Assembly: GCA_043228905.1 (NCBI GenBank)
Contig: JBHGNT010000011.1
Coordinates: 20,770,001-20,834,000, forward strand
Direction of reading: 5' to 3'
DNA: 64,000 nucleotides
Source of the DNA: Azolla caroliniana
Taxonomy: Eukaryota; Plantae; Polypodiophyta
Shown: positions 27,787-40,600 of the stretch, piece after piece
Position numbering within the stretch: the first letter of the stretch is position 1
How the letters are laid out: each line of letters begins with the position of its first letter
Position numbers and translations under genes: made by a program
The notes under the pieces: model-generated
Databases searched by the model: none
Told to the model about the DNA's origin: nothing
Seen by the model: only the letters and a program-made list of their open reading frames with translations

Positions 27787-28638
27787 CTGAAAATTATTAA
27801 ACACATAAACAATCTCCCTTTCACTCCCTAGAAATGCTTCATCCTCCATTAAAATCTTCCATCTCTTCCACCATAATTACACTTTGATCATATGAGGGGT
27901 GGATTCTCGGATGACTATCGTAACTCAAAGGATTGATTTGGCAATTGTACAATAATAAATTGAAGCTTGACCGAAAATATATATATATGATGTGTGAAAA
28001 CATTTGTCTAGCAACACTATAGTTGAGTGCCAATAATCCAAACTAAAGTACCCTTTCTGGGTAGTATCAATGTTTGGTGAGGTCTTTGATGGTATAAACT
28101 TGTGTGCAACACCATTTGCAGTTTCATAAAAGTATAAGGATGACGATATTGGGGCTGAGGGGTACTTTGGGTTTGTTAAAGTTTGGTGAACTATTTTGGT
28201 AAATCAACCCAACATACCAATTTGATTTATTTCGCATCCACACGCATTCAATTCTAAAGATACATTTTTTGTACTTGACCAAGAATTTTGTTTGTGAATC
28301 CCAATGGATCTTGATGAGTGCGCCTAAAGGGTTTGTTCTTTGTTAACACATACAAGCATTCTTAATGTTCTTTGCTATCATCTTATGTCATGCACCTAAC
28401 TAGTGTATCTTAACTTAGAACCCAAAGCTCAAGTCTGAATCAAGTGTTTGAGTCGGTGATTGTAGCTCTTGTAGAGAGTCTCTTATTAGAGCTCATTGTT
28501 ATTTCTTGGCTTTGACTTCCGTATTTATTGTATTAATTACTTAGCATTAATATTTAAGTGATTAATTATGTTAGGTCAAGTATAAACCTCTTGATTGCAT
28601 GATTAGTGATATTAGGTTTAGAGTTTCATTGCATGTTT

Positions 28639-28840
28639 ATTGATATTTGTTAGTAGGTTCATGAGTATTGATACCCACTCCTCATCTTACGAGCAATACA
28701 ATAGAATTTTTGTCAACCCCATAGACTAGTTAGTTAGGTATTGATATTTGTTAGTAGGTTCATGAGTATTGAAAGCCACTCCTCATCTTACGAGCAATAC
28801 AATAGAATTTTTGTCAACCCCATAGACTAGTTAGTTAGGT
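28639..28840. repeat. Near-perfect 101-bp tandem duplication
   Basis: ATTGATATTTGTTAGTAGGTTCATGAGTATTGA...CCCCATAGACTAGTTAGTTAGGT starts at 28639 and 28740. Confidence 0.95.
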
Positions 28841-29261
28841 AAACTAGTTAGAACAACATGAGATAAGCCTTATGAACTTCCCAAAAGCACGATCAAAACA
28901 AGATCATGCTTGTGCTTTGTTGTACTAGAGGAAAGATAGTGAGGCATTTGACAATTAAACCAAGAAAAGGTAGATTTTGATTCCTATTAATCACTTTTCA
29001 TAAGTAGTAGGACCCATGAAGACATCGGCATTGGTACTAAATACCAAGCACATGACCAAGAGAAGGGAATACAACAAAGTTACGAAGAATATCAAGATTA
29101 ACTTATAAAGAAGATATGAAAGTTTAGTCACATTGTTGCAATAGTAGACTAGTTTAGTTTTTTATTTTTTCATTTTGATAATTTTATATAATTGTGAACG
29201 ATTTTCAATACTTCTTTTTTGACATGTTGGAGCAACAAACATAGACAAACTTTGCCTAGAT

Positions 29262-29320
29262 GGGTGTAGCTTAGTTGGTAAGGTTGTCCAATGGAGACCA
29301 CAAGGTCATTGGTTTACCTA
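29262..29320 (+). mobile_element. tRNA-derived SINE-like head, degenerate
   Basis: GGGTGTAGCTTAGTTGGTAAGG contains a Pol III A-box (TAGCTTAGTTGG), followed by a decayed B-box region (AAGGTCATTGGTT). It does not fold into a full cloverleaf. Confidence 0.45.
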
Positions 29321-32300
29321 CATTCCACAATGGCATCTGGTAAATTAATAGAGATATATATGGAATAATAAAGAGGTGAGAAAATCAATTTTCGAACCGA
29401 AAACGTGGTGTTAGTAGTATTATATTAGACTCCTTCCTAAGAATGGGGAATTACTACTCTATAGTAAAAATTCGCTATCTCAAAATAATGCATGCACATG
29501 TCCTCACCATTGTTGGTGGACAATTGCGTATGACACATACATCATTTTAACCAAAGTAACATTTGTATTATGAACATTTATACTTTATTTAGGAAACATT
29601 TCTTTAAAGAAATATGACGAAAGGAACCTTTATGTTATTTATATTTTGATTTCGGAAACCCTTTGTTAAAGACAGATGACCAATGGGAAAATTGCTCTTG
29701 ACAAAAGCAATTTGGCAAATCAATTTCTACTTTATTTGTCGGTATCCTCTATTATTGAAACATCTGTAGAAATGTCGAAGTCTACAATTGTTTCTGGTTC
29801 GAATTGTCAGCTTCCCCAACTTCTCCGTGGCTTTTTCAAAGGATCAGCCATAAATAAGAGGATGTCTTCAACCTTGAACTAGGATGGAAATTATTGGTTA
29901 AAAACTTTTTGAAATTCTGTATAGATTACACGTCACATTGAGTGTAATTGTGCATTGGTATTTCGTTTATTTTTACCCTTCATAAGTTTTTACCTCATCC
30001 TGAGGTTTCTCACCATTAATATATGTATTCTAAAAACACAACGAAGATGATGGGCATTGGAGCATTCAATACACCTAAGGAACCTTAAGTGTAAAAGCCA
30101 TGGTCCACAATCTGGAAACATAGAAAACATTTCAACAATTTTGTCTAACTTCTCACTTTTCATTGGCCCCCCTTGTATTGAAAGATAAGATTTCAATCGT
30201 TCAGTAGCAACCATGAGTGTATCCCAACCTTCGTCGGTAAATACATCCAAATACCTCCTTCTACGGTTGATGCATGGGAGTACAATTCAAAACTATATCA
30301 TTGTCTTAGTCCATAAACTTTACAACTTATGCATGCTTCTTGTTTAATTGTTTCTTGTTGCATTCGATTTAGAAACGTTATCCCATCTTGGGGCCTACTA
30401 TGATGACAAGAAAACTAATTGCAAGAAGATGAAAATCTAATTACCGACAATTCTGAAACAAATGTCTAATATAGTAGAGTTCATATACCTAATGGGCCCA
30501 TAATGCATCAAAAACTTAACATGGGCTTTTGAATCACCTATGCTTGATCATTGAATCAGGAAAACATGAATTTAAAAAAAAATGGTTGCAAATGCATATA
30601 ACCACTTGCCTCCCTCTCACAGATCAGGAAATTTAACTAGACAAAACGTTTGCGGGCCTTTTATAAATCATGTTCATGTGACAATGGATTTGTTGATAAG
30701 AAAGTGGGACCAAATTTATGAAGGTCCTAAGCAGTTGTATGTAATTGCAAGAGAAATAGAACCAAGAAATCAACAAATGTTTATATTATTAAAACAAGAA
30801 GTTCCTAAAGATTTAGTCTTTGTATTGAACGATGTTCATTAGAGAAAGGAAGAAATGGATCAATGATAGCAACTCTTTGTTCTAATACAAATTGACGTGT
30901 AGTAGCTAGATTACATTGGTTTTAGAGGGCAATTTGGTCTCAATGAATGCTCCGAAATGCATGCCCAAATCAAACACAATAAAGAAACTCAGAAATATTA
31001 TGTAAACAAACCTAGACATTCCAAGAAGAAATAGAAATTCACACTACCAAGTGGTACTGCCTAAAGTAAAGGTTGAACGAAAAAGACCGAAATGAAAAAG
31101 ATTATGGTTCCGAGTTCCTTTCTAGGCCAGAAGAAAATCAAAGAAATCAAAATAAAGTGGATTTCTGAATAATAAAAAGCATGGGATCATTTAATACTTT
31201 AAAAAGGCTTCTCTAAGCCACACATAGTAGAGGAATCTTTGAGTTAAAAAAAACAAATTTCTGAAGCATTTAAGTCTTGTGGAGACTTTAATTGAAGGTG
31301 CATGTGCAGAAAGTGCACAAGCATGTTTAAAGCAACCATGGAATGGCAATCCATGCATCAAAGCAAAACGAATTGTTCGCTGGTTATAGCATTGCTAAAA
31401 GAGATTATGATAACCAAAGTGTATGTTCACGCCATAGTGCAAGTCAGATATATCTATGTGGTGGTTTCTTGACTAGACAAATTAAGGAATCCATATTATA
31501 TTGTGGGCTTTCATGGTGATGGATGAACATGCTCAAAGCCCAAGGAGTATAGGAAACTAAATGTGGAAGAAAACCGAGGCTTTGACAACATACACAATGA
31601 AGGCAAATGAACTACTATGATTTGGCATTATTGAAAACATCCAAATGAGCAAGGAAGATAGTTGCACAATTGCTCTCACATGCGTATGTATGTTAGAGGA
31701 AAAAAAGTAGAGAACACATAGTCTTGCATTACTACATGACTGCCACTACACACTGAGCAAAGGCACCACTATACAAGGACCATGTCACATTCCTACCGAC
31801 CAATTGGCTTGTTTTGATGGGGCATATGGGCAGACATGACTTGGAGACAAAGTATGTCCTACCTACCGTAAAAGCGAAACCGAAAAGCATTGTTAACAAG
31901 ATCATCCAAGAAATGCTTTGGCATAGTAGAAAAAGGCTGCAAGTAGAGGCAGCAATATGAAGGTGTGCAAAGTGTAATAATGAGTAAAACTCTAAAGATC
32001 AGCACTTCCTCACAATGAGTGAGGTGTACTACGAAGACAATCGGCACCAACACCACACATGGGCCAGACTCCACATCATCTATCTATCTATCTATCTATC
32101 TATTATATTCGGTTTTGTTGTTTGAATCATGACCATGTGAGGAAGGGGGGAGAGAGATTAGGAATTTTTAAATTTAGAGGAAAATAAAGCAGCTGTTGGT
32201 TGGATTTGTGGGATTCAAAAGAAAAACAAAACAGAAAGAAAAGCCCAATTTTTTCTCCAAAACAGAAAGAACATATTGTAATAACTACAAGATGTTATTA

Positions 32301-32356
32301 TTGGAGAGGTAGGCCCAATTTCTGTACAGATAGAGAAGAAAATAATAATGGATAGG

Positions 32357-32407
<51 letters not shown>

Positions 32408-32747
32408 CCACATGACTGTGACAGACTGACAGTGACAGATTTGAAAAAGCCAAAAAAGGAGGAAGTGCTATTTTTTTTTTAAGGTACACAACAAAAAGCT
32501 GCAGCTTGCTTTTGCTGCTGCTTCTCTTTGGTCTTTCTTTTTTCTTGTTTTGTTTTTCCTGACTCCCCCAACCTAAATATGTATATATAGGACACAGACA
32601 TCTATCTGACAGACCACTACTAGTATTAGTAGCACTACTAAACCTGCCAGATAGAAGAAAGAAAGCACATATATACATATATCAAAGGAGAAATAAATAA
32701 ATTTAACAAAAAATAATAATAAAACAATATGTATAGACTAGACAGGT

Positions 32748-35700
32748 CTAGTTGTGCTCTGTTTCGGGTGTCAGCCCTACTCCTCGATTATGGTTTTTCG
32801 ATCGAGAGAACAGGCGACCGAAAGCCGACCCTGACCCCGAATTGGCACCTCCTGTCCCCTGTTTCGTGGCCCGTGGCGTGACAGCAGCCCCCTCCCCCGA
32901 TTGTGCCGACACCGTGGCCATGGTGTTCATTGTCTCGGCCAAACTCATCCGAAAACCCCCTACTTGGCCAGAGTTCTTCCTCGTCTGGGCCACTGCAGGT
33001 TGTAGTGGCGCCCCTCGGAGCGATGCATCCTTCTGTTGTTGCGTAAAACGGCCCGGCGACTGAGCCGGTGACATCATCATCATCATCATATTATGGCCAC
33101 GTGTCATCATCGTGGGGCTACCGCTCCGGCTCCGGTTGTTGTTCATGTAATGAGACCCACCCACATTGTTACCACCACTAGGGTTATTATAGCATCCCAC
33201 ATTGAGTGGTTGCTGCCTTCGATTATGAGGATGAGGATGAGGTTGAGATTGAGATTGAGGATGAGGAAACTCACTTGTGCCTTCCACCATGAATGATTCC
33301 TCCTCACAATAACTACCACCATCAGTTGTAGTGTTATTGTGGTTATTGATGCATTGAGCATTGCCATTACCATAGCCTTCTAATGGCAATGACCCCCTCC
33401 TGTGTACAACTACTCTGTTATTATTGCTTTGATACATGTCCACTTGCCCATTGCTATAGGGGTTCATATTCATCATCCCTTTGTTGCTAGTATTAGGACC
33501 ACCATTGTACCAACCACGTTGTAGCACCATTTGATCGTCGTCGTATAATTGTTGCCGCTCGGTCTGAATGTATCCACTGCTGGCCCGGTGTTGATAATGA
33601 TGATTTTGTGGTGCCACCACTCCACCTCCACCATTGTAGTACATACCTCCATTATGAATACGATCGTGATGATGATGATGATGATTATCGTCTTCCTCTC
33701 CTTCTTCATCTTCTTCTTCCTCCATGAAGCCCATTGATTGTGTATTCATATGTTCCGCATGCATTGACCTTCGGTCTAGTTGTTGCGATGCAGAGTCCAT
33801 CGATGAGGACCCTGTCCCATCAAAAGAGCCCATGGACGAGCTATGATCGACTGGTGGCGATGTCGATAAAGTTGATAACTGCTTCCCTAACGCTAAGATT
33901 GTCCTTTGGCATTCCGCCAGCTTCGTCTTTGCAGCCAAAAGCTCTTGTTCCTAAACAAAGATTAGATTAGGTTAACCTAAATTAGATTGGATTGGCACAT
34001 GTCATACATACATCCAAAGGCTCGTTTAAATTTGATTTGCTTTACCTTTTTTGTCCTTATGCATTCACCCTCTGGTAAATTATACCCATTTCGCTCGTCA
34101 TTATGGTCATCAAACCCGAGCCTGCATTATTGAAAGGATTAGCACTTCTATAAAGTATCCACAATTTCACGAAAAGTCGGGGCAAAATAATTTGATCACG
34201 CCATTACCCTTCTAATTTATGTTCAAGCTCTTTGCACTTTGTGACCACTCGATCATGAAGAGCTTTCTGATCGGCCAATTCGAGTGTCAAGGATGCAATA
34301 CTTGCTTGAAGTTTGCTCACTTCCACTTGGGATGCCTCCAGTTTCTTTTGGATCTCAGCCTTCATAAGCTCTTCATCGCAAAGCCTTTTCTTTACACCCT
34401 CTAATTCAGCTCCTTTTGCTTGGATATCAGCAACAAGTTGTTTGCTCTTGTCAAGTTCCATTGTCATTGACTCCAAATCTCTGCACGACGTGGCAAGTTG
34501 CTGTTCAAGCTCAGCTTTTCTTTCCCCAAGTGTTTGTAGTTGTTCTCGAAGCAAAGAGAGTTCGCTTAAGTATCCAGTTGAACTCACTTCGGTAAGGGTT
34601 GAACCCTCATCAGTAGAAGTAGCATTTAATTTGGATAACAAATCTTCGAGTTCACATGCCTTCGTATTACATGCTTCGCATAGCACAGCAGCCAAACGCA
34701 ATAGATACTCAAAGATGCTCGATTTACCTACCAAAAACTTATCTTTGGAGGACACCAGAGCTTCCTTTAACTGATTTGATCGAGATTTAGAAGGTGATTC
34801 TTCCTTTTCGCTCGCATCCCCATCTATACAATCTTTGGTTTCTTCGATGGAGATAACTGGATGTGGCCACACCTCAAGCAGTGAAATAATCTTGCTCAAG
34901 ATCATATCAAGTCGAGAAATGGAGATAGGAACAGCCACGGAAGTAGGATTGACAGCATCAGAAGCAAATTCCGAGGATCCAACGGCATTGTTTCCTTTCT
35001 TGAAATGCGCAAGTTCACTAATTAGCGCCGATGCCCATGATTCTGCGCATGAACTTTCTTCAACATCATCTGATGCAGACGCAACACTTGGTTCCTTTGT
35101 CGGTGTAATCGGCATAAAACCATTTGTCTTTATTAATGCTCGAGGAGTGCCTTGTGGAGAATCCACAGTAGTGTCATCACCAAGATAGAGCTTACTAGCC
35201 GTCTTGGCACAAAGCAGTCTAGAAGCTTGTAACTCCTCATTCCTCTTCGATAATGCCTCTTTAAGAAGCTTGGTTTCTTCTTCCATCGAAAACATTCTCT
35301 CCCTAAGCATCTCAACATCTCTATTGTTGGTACTATAAGACCCTGATACTGAAGTTGGGCTACCTAGCTTAGGCTTTCTCTTTACATCTCCCGATGTATT
35401 ATAGTCCCTGGAACCTGGCAATATATCGACTTCTTTCCTCATCTGAGCTATAGCTGCCGCACCAGGTAGTTTCTTCCTTACCAAGTTTCTTAATCTTGTG
35501 CAATCAGCTTCAAGATTAGCCATCTTCTTCACATTGTCTAGATGCTGTTTGTGCGCAGCATCAGCTGACTTCTTTATAAATTCCACTTCTTCATTCCTTA
35601 TGTCGAGTTCTTTGCTCAATACATGCAATTCATACTTCAATGAAGAGATCTCTTTTTCATATGAGCTTAGCTTCACTTGAAGTAGTTCTACTTCAGTTTC

Positions 35701-36941
35701 AGCCTTGGTTTTCACCTCATTTGCTTCGACGATTTTCTTTGCTCGATCTTGTAAAGATTTGGCCATGGCACTGTTTTGTGCTTCGGATTCCATTAACCTT
35801 CGTTCAAGCTCGGATTGCTTTGCGTCAACCTCAGATTTGATCTTCTCCCATTCCCGCGTCGTGCTCGAGATCGCCTCTTGTATCTTCTTCTCTTGCTCTT
35901 CCTTAACGACCCTCACTTGCCGTGTACACTCTTTGAAAGCTCCATCTAGCTGTGCTACTCGATCCTCGAGTATTGACTTCTGTTGTGATGTCGCATCGAG
36001 CTCGTGCTTGAACAAAAGAGCCTCTTTTTCAGCATTCTCTTTCCCTAGATTTTTTTGAGGAAAGAAAATGAAGACAAACGGAGAGATGAGCTTAAGGAGA
36101 AACAAAGTGATAACAAAAAAGGCATGGATATTGCAACCCAGGCCACAAATGCACACAATAAATCTCCATAATAGTTTCAAATGTCTATAACACACCATCA
36201 AAGTGTCCATAACATAGTGACAAAATGCACGGGATGAAAGTGTCAAGGTGCCCAATACATAGCATCAAAATGCACAAAAAAAGCGTCAATGTGTGCATTA
36301 AATAGTGCTAGAACTTCAGAGTGTCCATAAAATAATACCAAAGAACCCAGAACATTGAAGTAAAATGCCTAATATATAGTGCCAAAATGTCCATTAGGAT
36401 TTCCTTAAAGTGGACAAAAAACAAAAACATTGTTGTCCCCATAGCATTATTATCATTGCTACGAAATTCCCACGACATAACATAGTAGCAAAGTGCCCAT
36501 AACATAGCATAATGTCAAAGTGTCCAAAACACCATAGCTCTTACCTGAGTTAGCTTCTTCAAGAGCTTTCTGGTGATGAGAAATCGATGCCTCCTTATCA
36601 GACATCTGAGCCAAAGCTATACTTAGCTTCTCTTCTAGTGATGTGACCTTCTCTTCGAGCGACATGACCTTCTCTTCAGCTTGTTGTCTGAGATGCATCT
36701 CTTGTACAAGTCTAACTCCATCATCACTCTTATCAGACTTGTTGTTCACATGCATATTGAAGCTGATGTCAGCGAAGGAACTTTCGTCTTCCCCTTTGAA
36801 TGAGGAGGCAGGGGAGGTAAGCTGAGAGAGAGAAGGAAGGGAGTTGAAAGGAAGAGGTGTAGAGGGTGTGAAACATGGCTTTGTACTATTATTGTTGGAG
36901 CTTTTCTTCCTCCAGGGCCAGCTACTTCTTCTCTCGGCCAT
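32748..36941 (-). CDS. Filament-like plant protein (FPP/VETH, DUF869 coiled coil), 4 exons, ~1170 aa
   Basis: Exons 36941-36545, 36044-34208, 34121-34046 and 33950-32748 total 3513 nt in one frame with GT-AG introns. Motifs: MAERRSSWPWRKKSS, LDGAFKECTRQVR, SLKYELHVLSKELDIRNEE, LEADCTRLRNLVRKKLPGAAAIAQMRKEV, MEEETKLLKEAL, SCAESWASALISELAHFK, KLAECQRTILALGKQL, C-terminal FGRLFSRSK. Confidence 0.93.
36170..36535. repeat. Degenerate ~22-bp tandem repeat in FPP intron 1
   Basis: Recurrent AAAGTGTCCATAACATAG / AAAGTGCCCATAACATAG variants. Confidence 0.7.
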
Positions 36942-36966
36942 GGTTTTTTACACACAAAGGGATGGC

Positions 36967-37001
<35 letters not shown>

Positions 37002-37065
37002 AGAGAAGAAGCCCTAAACCAGAGAGAGTTGAGAAACAGAGCACTTAGAGAGAGAGAGAGTTGCA

Positions 37066-37200
37066 AGTAGAAACAGGGGAGGTATGCTCTCATTCATTCA
37101 TTCATAACGAGAGAGAGAGAGAGAGAGAGAGTAGAAACAGGGGAGGTATGCTCTCATTCATTCATTCATAACTAGAGAGAGAGAGAGAGAGAGAGAGAGG
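37066..37200. repeat. 64-bp tandem duplication including (GA)n, in the FPP 5' region
   Basis: AGTAGAAACAGGGGAGGTATGCTCTCATTCATTCATTCATAAC plus (GA)n at 37066 and 37130. Confidence 0.9.
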
Positions 37201-37341
37201 AAGAGAGAGAAAGAGAGCCAAAAGAAGAAGAGGGGGAAGAATGATGCTTCCTAACTTTAGTCCTCCTCTTTGTATTTTGTTGACAGTCTCAGTTTACTTG
37301 CTTAGCATAACTTTGTGTGTGTTTTGTCATCTTCTTGTTTA

Positions 37342-37380
<39 letters not shown>

Positions 37381-38299
37381 ATTCATAAGATTTTTTGAGC
37401 TTGTGCCCAACCAATCAATCATGAAAGCTTTTTCCTTCTTGCCCACCTATTATAATGTTTTGTCCCTTGTGAATTCCACCCAATTGTTTTTGTGATGAGG
37501 CTTACACAAATGAGTTCTCCACTTTCTCAATTGGGCCTTACCTTTCATCACACACAAGAGTGTGCAACTAACTCTTAGATGTCGTGCAACGTTCTTTCTT
37601 GACCAATTTATTCGTATTGCACTCACTTGTATTTTCTTGACCATTATTGAATTGTCTTATTGTCCGTCTCTTTGCCCACAATGAATGTTCATTGACTCCT
37701 CTGATCAGTTGCCCAAACGAATGAAGCTCGTTAAACAACTCTGTGTTTTTAAACTCCGTCCACCTCTCAAGTGTAACCAAATGCAACATTTTGGTCATAT
37801 TTTCAATGTTTGGACCTTTTGAATCAACCAAACCGTTGTCATTTCATCCGCCACCTAGTGTAATTGGGTCTTTTAAAATGTGAGATACTTTTCCTCTTCG
37901 TCCATTGTAATGTGAAAGCAAGCTTCATAGCACACTGGTTAATGGTGATTTGGTTTCGATAAATAACCGAGTCAACGACCTTTATAAAAGATCAACGTGT
38001 TTTTTTAGTAATGAAAAAGCTATAAAAACTTTTCCATCCTAAACTATAATGCTTATAATAACTATATTCAAATTAGGCTCTCAAATCAATATTGCCTCTA
38101 CTATAAAAAAAAAGATAATTGTTTTCGTATTGACCCATAGACTTTTTAGTTACTTTTCAAGCTTGGCTTTTCACGTTGTCTCTACTATGCAAACATATAT
38201 ATATATAAGATCTACAATAACTTTTCCAAGTAGGGCTCTTGAAACAATGGGATGATGCAACAAAAAAATGCTCACTCTAAGATATAGCCATTACATTAC

Positions 38300-40600
38300 T
38301 TTTCGATATAGGCTTCGGAGAACAGTAGAGAGTTTTATTGGAGGGGCGGTGCTAAAAAAGTGACGATAAAATATAGAAAGAGCGTGTCATTAGATATCGA
38401 CACATACACATGAATTGTCACCTGGGACAATGTTGAAACAAGCTGATTACTCTTCTCGTTAAAATGTGAGATTGGCTTTGGCTCTTTTCACATATGGAAT
38501 GAAGAATCCTTTATGGTACATTGCACCTTATCTCCTCAAATTGTATACTCAAAATAAGATCATCTCGTGTTAGAAGTAAAAAACTTGCATGTTTTTAGGC
38601 ATGTAGTATTTTTATCTCCACTCCACTAATATTTCCATGGACTTCTCTACTTATTTACTTATACCTCATTTGAACAACATAAATTCATCATTGTATGCAA
38701 TGTCACCTACTCTTAAATGGACACATACAATAGAGGTGAGATGAAATGTCTCCTTATGTTTTCTATATGTACATTTCTCAAGTAATATACTAAGGTGTAT
38801 CTTTCTTGAAAAAAGAAGAAGAAAAATGGACACATACAAAGTGAAAACAAAGCTCCCTAGGAGACATTATTGATTTTGTCCAAAGTCTGCTCAAAACTAG
38901 AGCTTATTGTTCCCATTGTGAATTTTCATTTGGTGGGAGAGTTCTGCAACCTACCCACCCATATTATAGATGTTTCCTTATTTAAAAAATACTTGTTGCG
39001 TTTCCATACTTTCAAGAACTTGAACTCTTCCATGGAAAGGAAACAATTGCCTCTTGCTTAAAAGTGTCACATTCTCTTAAGTAAATATGATTTTTTGGAC
39101 CTTCAAACGAATATGTTACTCTTATGGTTTCATGTATTCAAATTCATGAGATCCAAAACTTGCTTTCATAATGACGCTATAGTGACAAATTATTGGAACC
39201 GCATAATCCATCAATCCGAGGTATGACTTTCGCCAATCCCTTTGAAGTCATTATTGTCATTGAAACCCATCACAAAGTGACATGCACCCTTCACCAACAC
39301 TTTGGAGTCTATTCTTGCTTTACAGTTAGAAGGTTGTCGTCATTTGTGTGAGCATTTTGCACGAGTGTCAATAAAGACTATATCATGCCCTTTCACAAGT
39401 GTCTTTATGTTGTTTCATTTTTGTTGTAACCTCTATCCACAAACCGATTCGCATGAAATGTATATCTTGTTTCTCTCCCTCAAATGTTTTTTTTTCTCTT
39501 CATGGTTTATGGATAAAATATATTGTTCTTTCCTTTGATAAATGCGAACAACTCTCCAAATATGAATGTTGCCCTTGTTGCATAAATAACGTCGAATAGA
39601 ATAATTTCAAACAGAGACCAAATTTTGCCATAAGTATATCTAGTATATAATCATTCTAAGACCTCTTGAAATGATGGAATTCAAGTTTTCTTCTTTCTAA
39701 ATGGATAATTCACATGTTCATTATACTTTTCGTGTGACCTTTATTTTGAGATTGATTATATGTGGTGGCATTCATATATGTTTGGAAAATACATATATGT
39801 TTGCGTCCGTCCTATAACAAAGTGTCAATCAACCTTATAATGTTGTGATCCTCCATGGTCCACTTACTCCAAATCCACTCGAATCAACATCTCATCAAAT
39901 CTTCTCAATCACCTAATATGTTTGTTTCGTGTTTCCTCTAGAAATGTAGACAAGCAAGACTTTTCGATAGAAAATTTTGTGTTTAACATAGGACTCTCTC
40001 AAAGTTCCGTTGCAATAATATAATCATATATGTGCATCAACAAAGCAAATGCTTCTAGGGAAAGAAATTTAATAAACACCTAGGAAATATAAGTTGCATT
40101 GGAATGCTAACAAAGCCTAGGAAATATACATGTTAATATCATATAATATGTGATAGAGAGACATACCAAACATCTTGAACGAGGATGTGAAGATGTTAAA
40201 TTTGTTTTTTTATAAGCTTGCTTTCTAAGCATCGAATGACAACCATACTCATGTATATCTACTCTAGATACATGTGTCCTTTGGAGATCCATTTCATAAT
40301 TTGTGAAACTCAAACTTTCCTCCAAACTATGAGTATTAAATAAGTACTTCAACATATAGGTATAATTTGTATACGGTAATTTGAATGTAGTGTTTGTATA
40401 TGAAGTTGCCCATGTTGCATCCATTTCTAGGAAACATAGCTTATTCCAATTATCCTGGAAGGATGATGGATATGTACATACATTTGTGTGCAGTTTATTG
40501 AAAAAAATAAAACTCGCAACATTAATGGATATTCTCTCGTGTTGGTTTGGCAACATAAGAACCTAATTTATCGTAAGTTCAATTATATTGTGTACTTGTA
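38300..40600 (-). mobile_element. Highly decayed DNA-transposon remnant, possibly Mutator-like
   Basis: Only broken peptide traces (e.g. KARIDSKVLVKGACHFV near 39270-39330, reminiscent of MULE N-terminal domains). No TIR or TSD found. Confidence 0.25.

Noticed and set aside
29262-29335. tRNA gene
   Set aside because: Only the 5' half and A-box resemble tRNA. There is no intact T-arm or acceptor stem, so it is treated as a SINE relic.
30580-32075. Possible SWIM/MULE-like coding remnant on the + strand
   Set aside because: Only a faint CxC...H-like trace amid many stops, too weak to assign.
18593-32080. CATCATC at both ends as TSD of one giant nested insertion
   Set aside because: Low-complexity 7-mer with no matching terminal inverted repeats.
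34219-36058. Plus-strand ORFs antisense to FPP, and similar ORFs opposite the LINE, oleosin and CCR4
   Set aside because: Shadow ORFs of real coding strands with no recognisable motifs.
36045-36255. Hydrophobic N-terminus of the 683-aa ORF 34204-36255
   Set aside because: It is open-frame read-through into FPP intron 1. The real N-terminus is exon 36941-36545.
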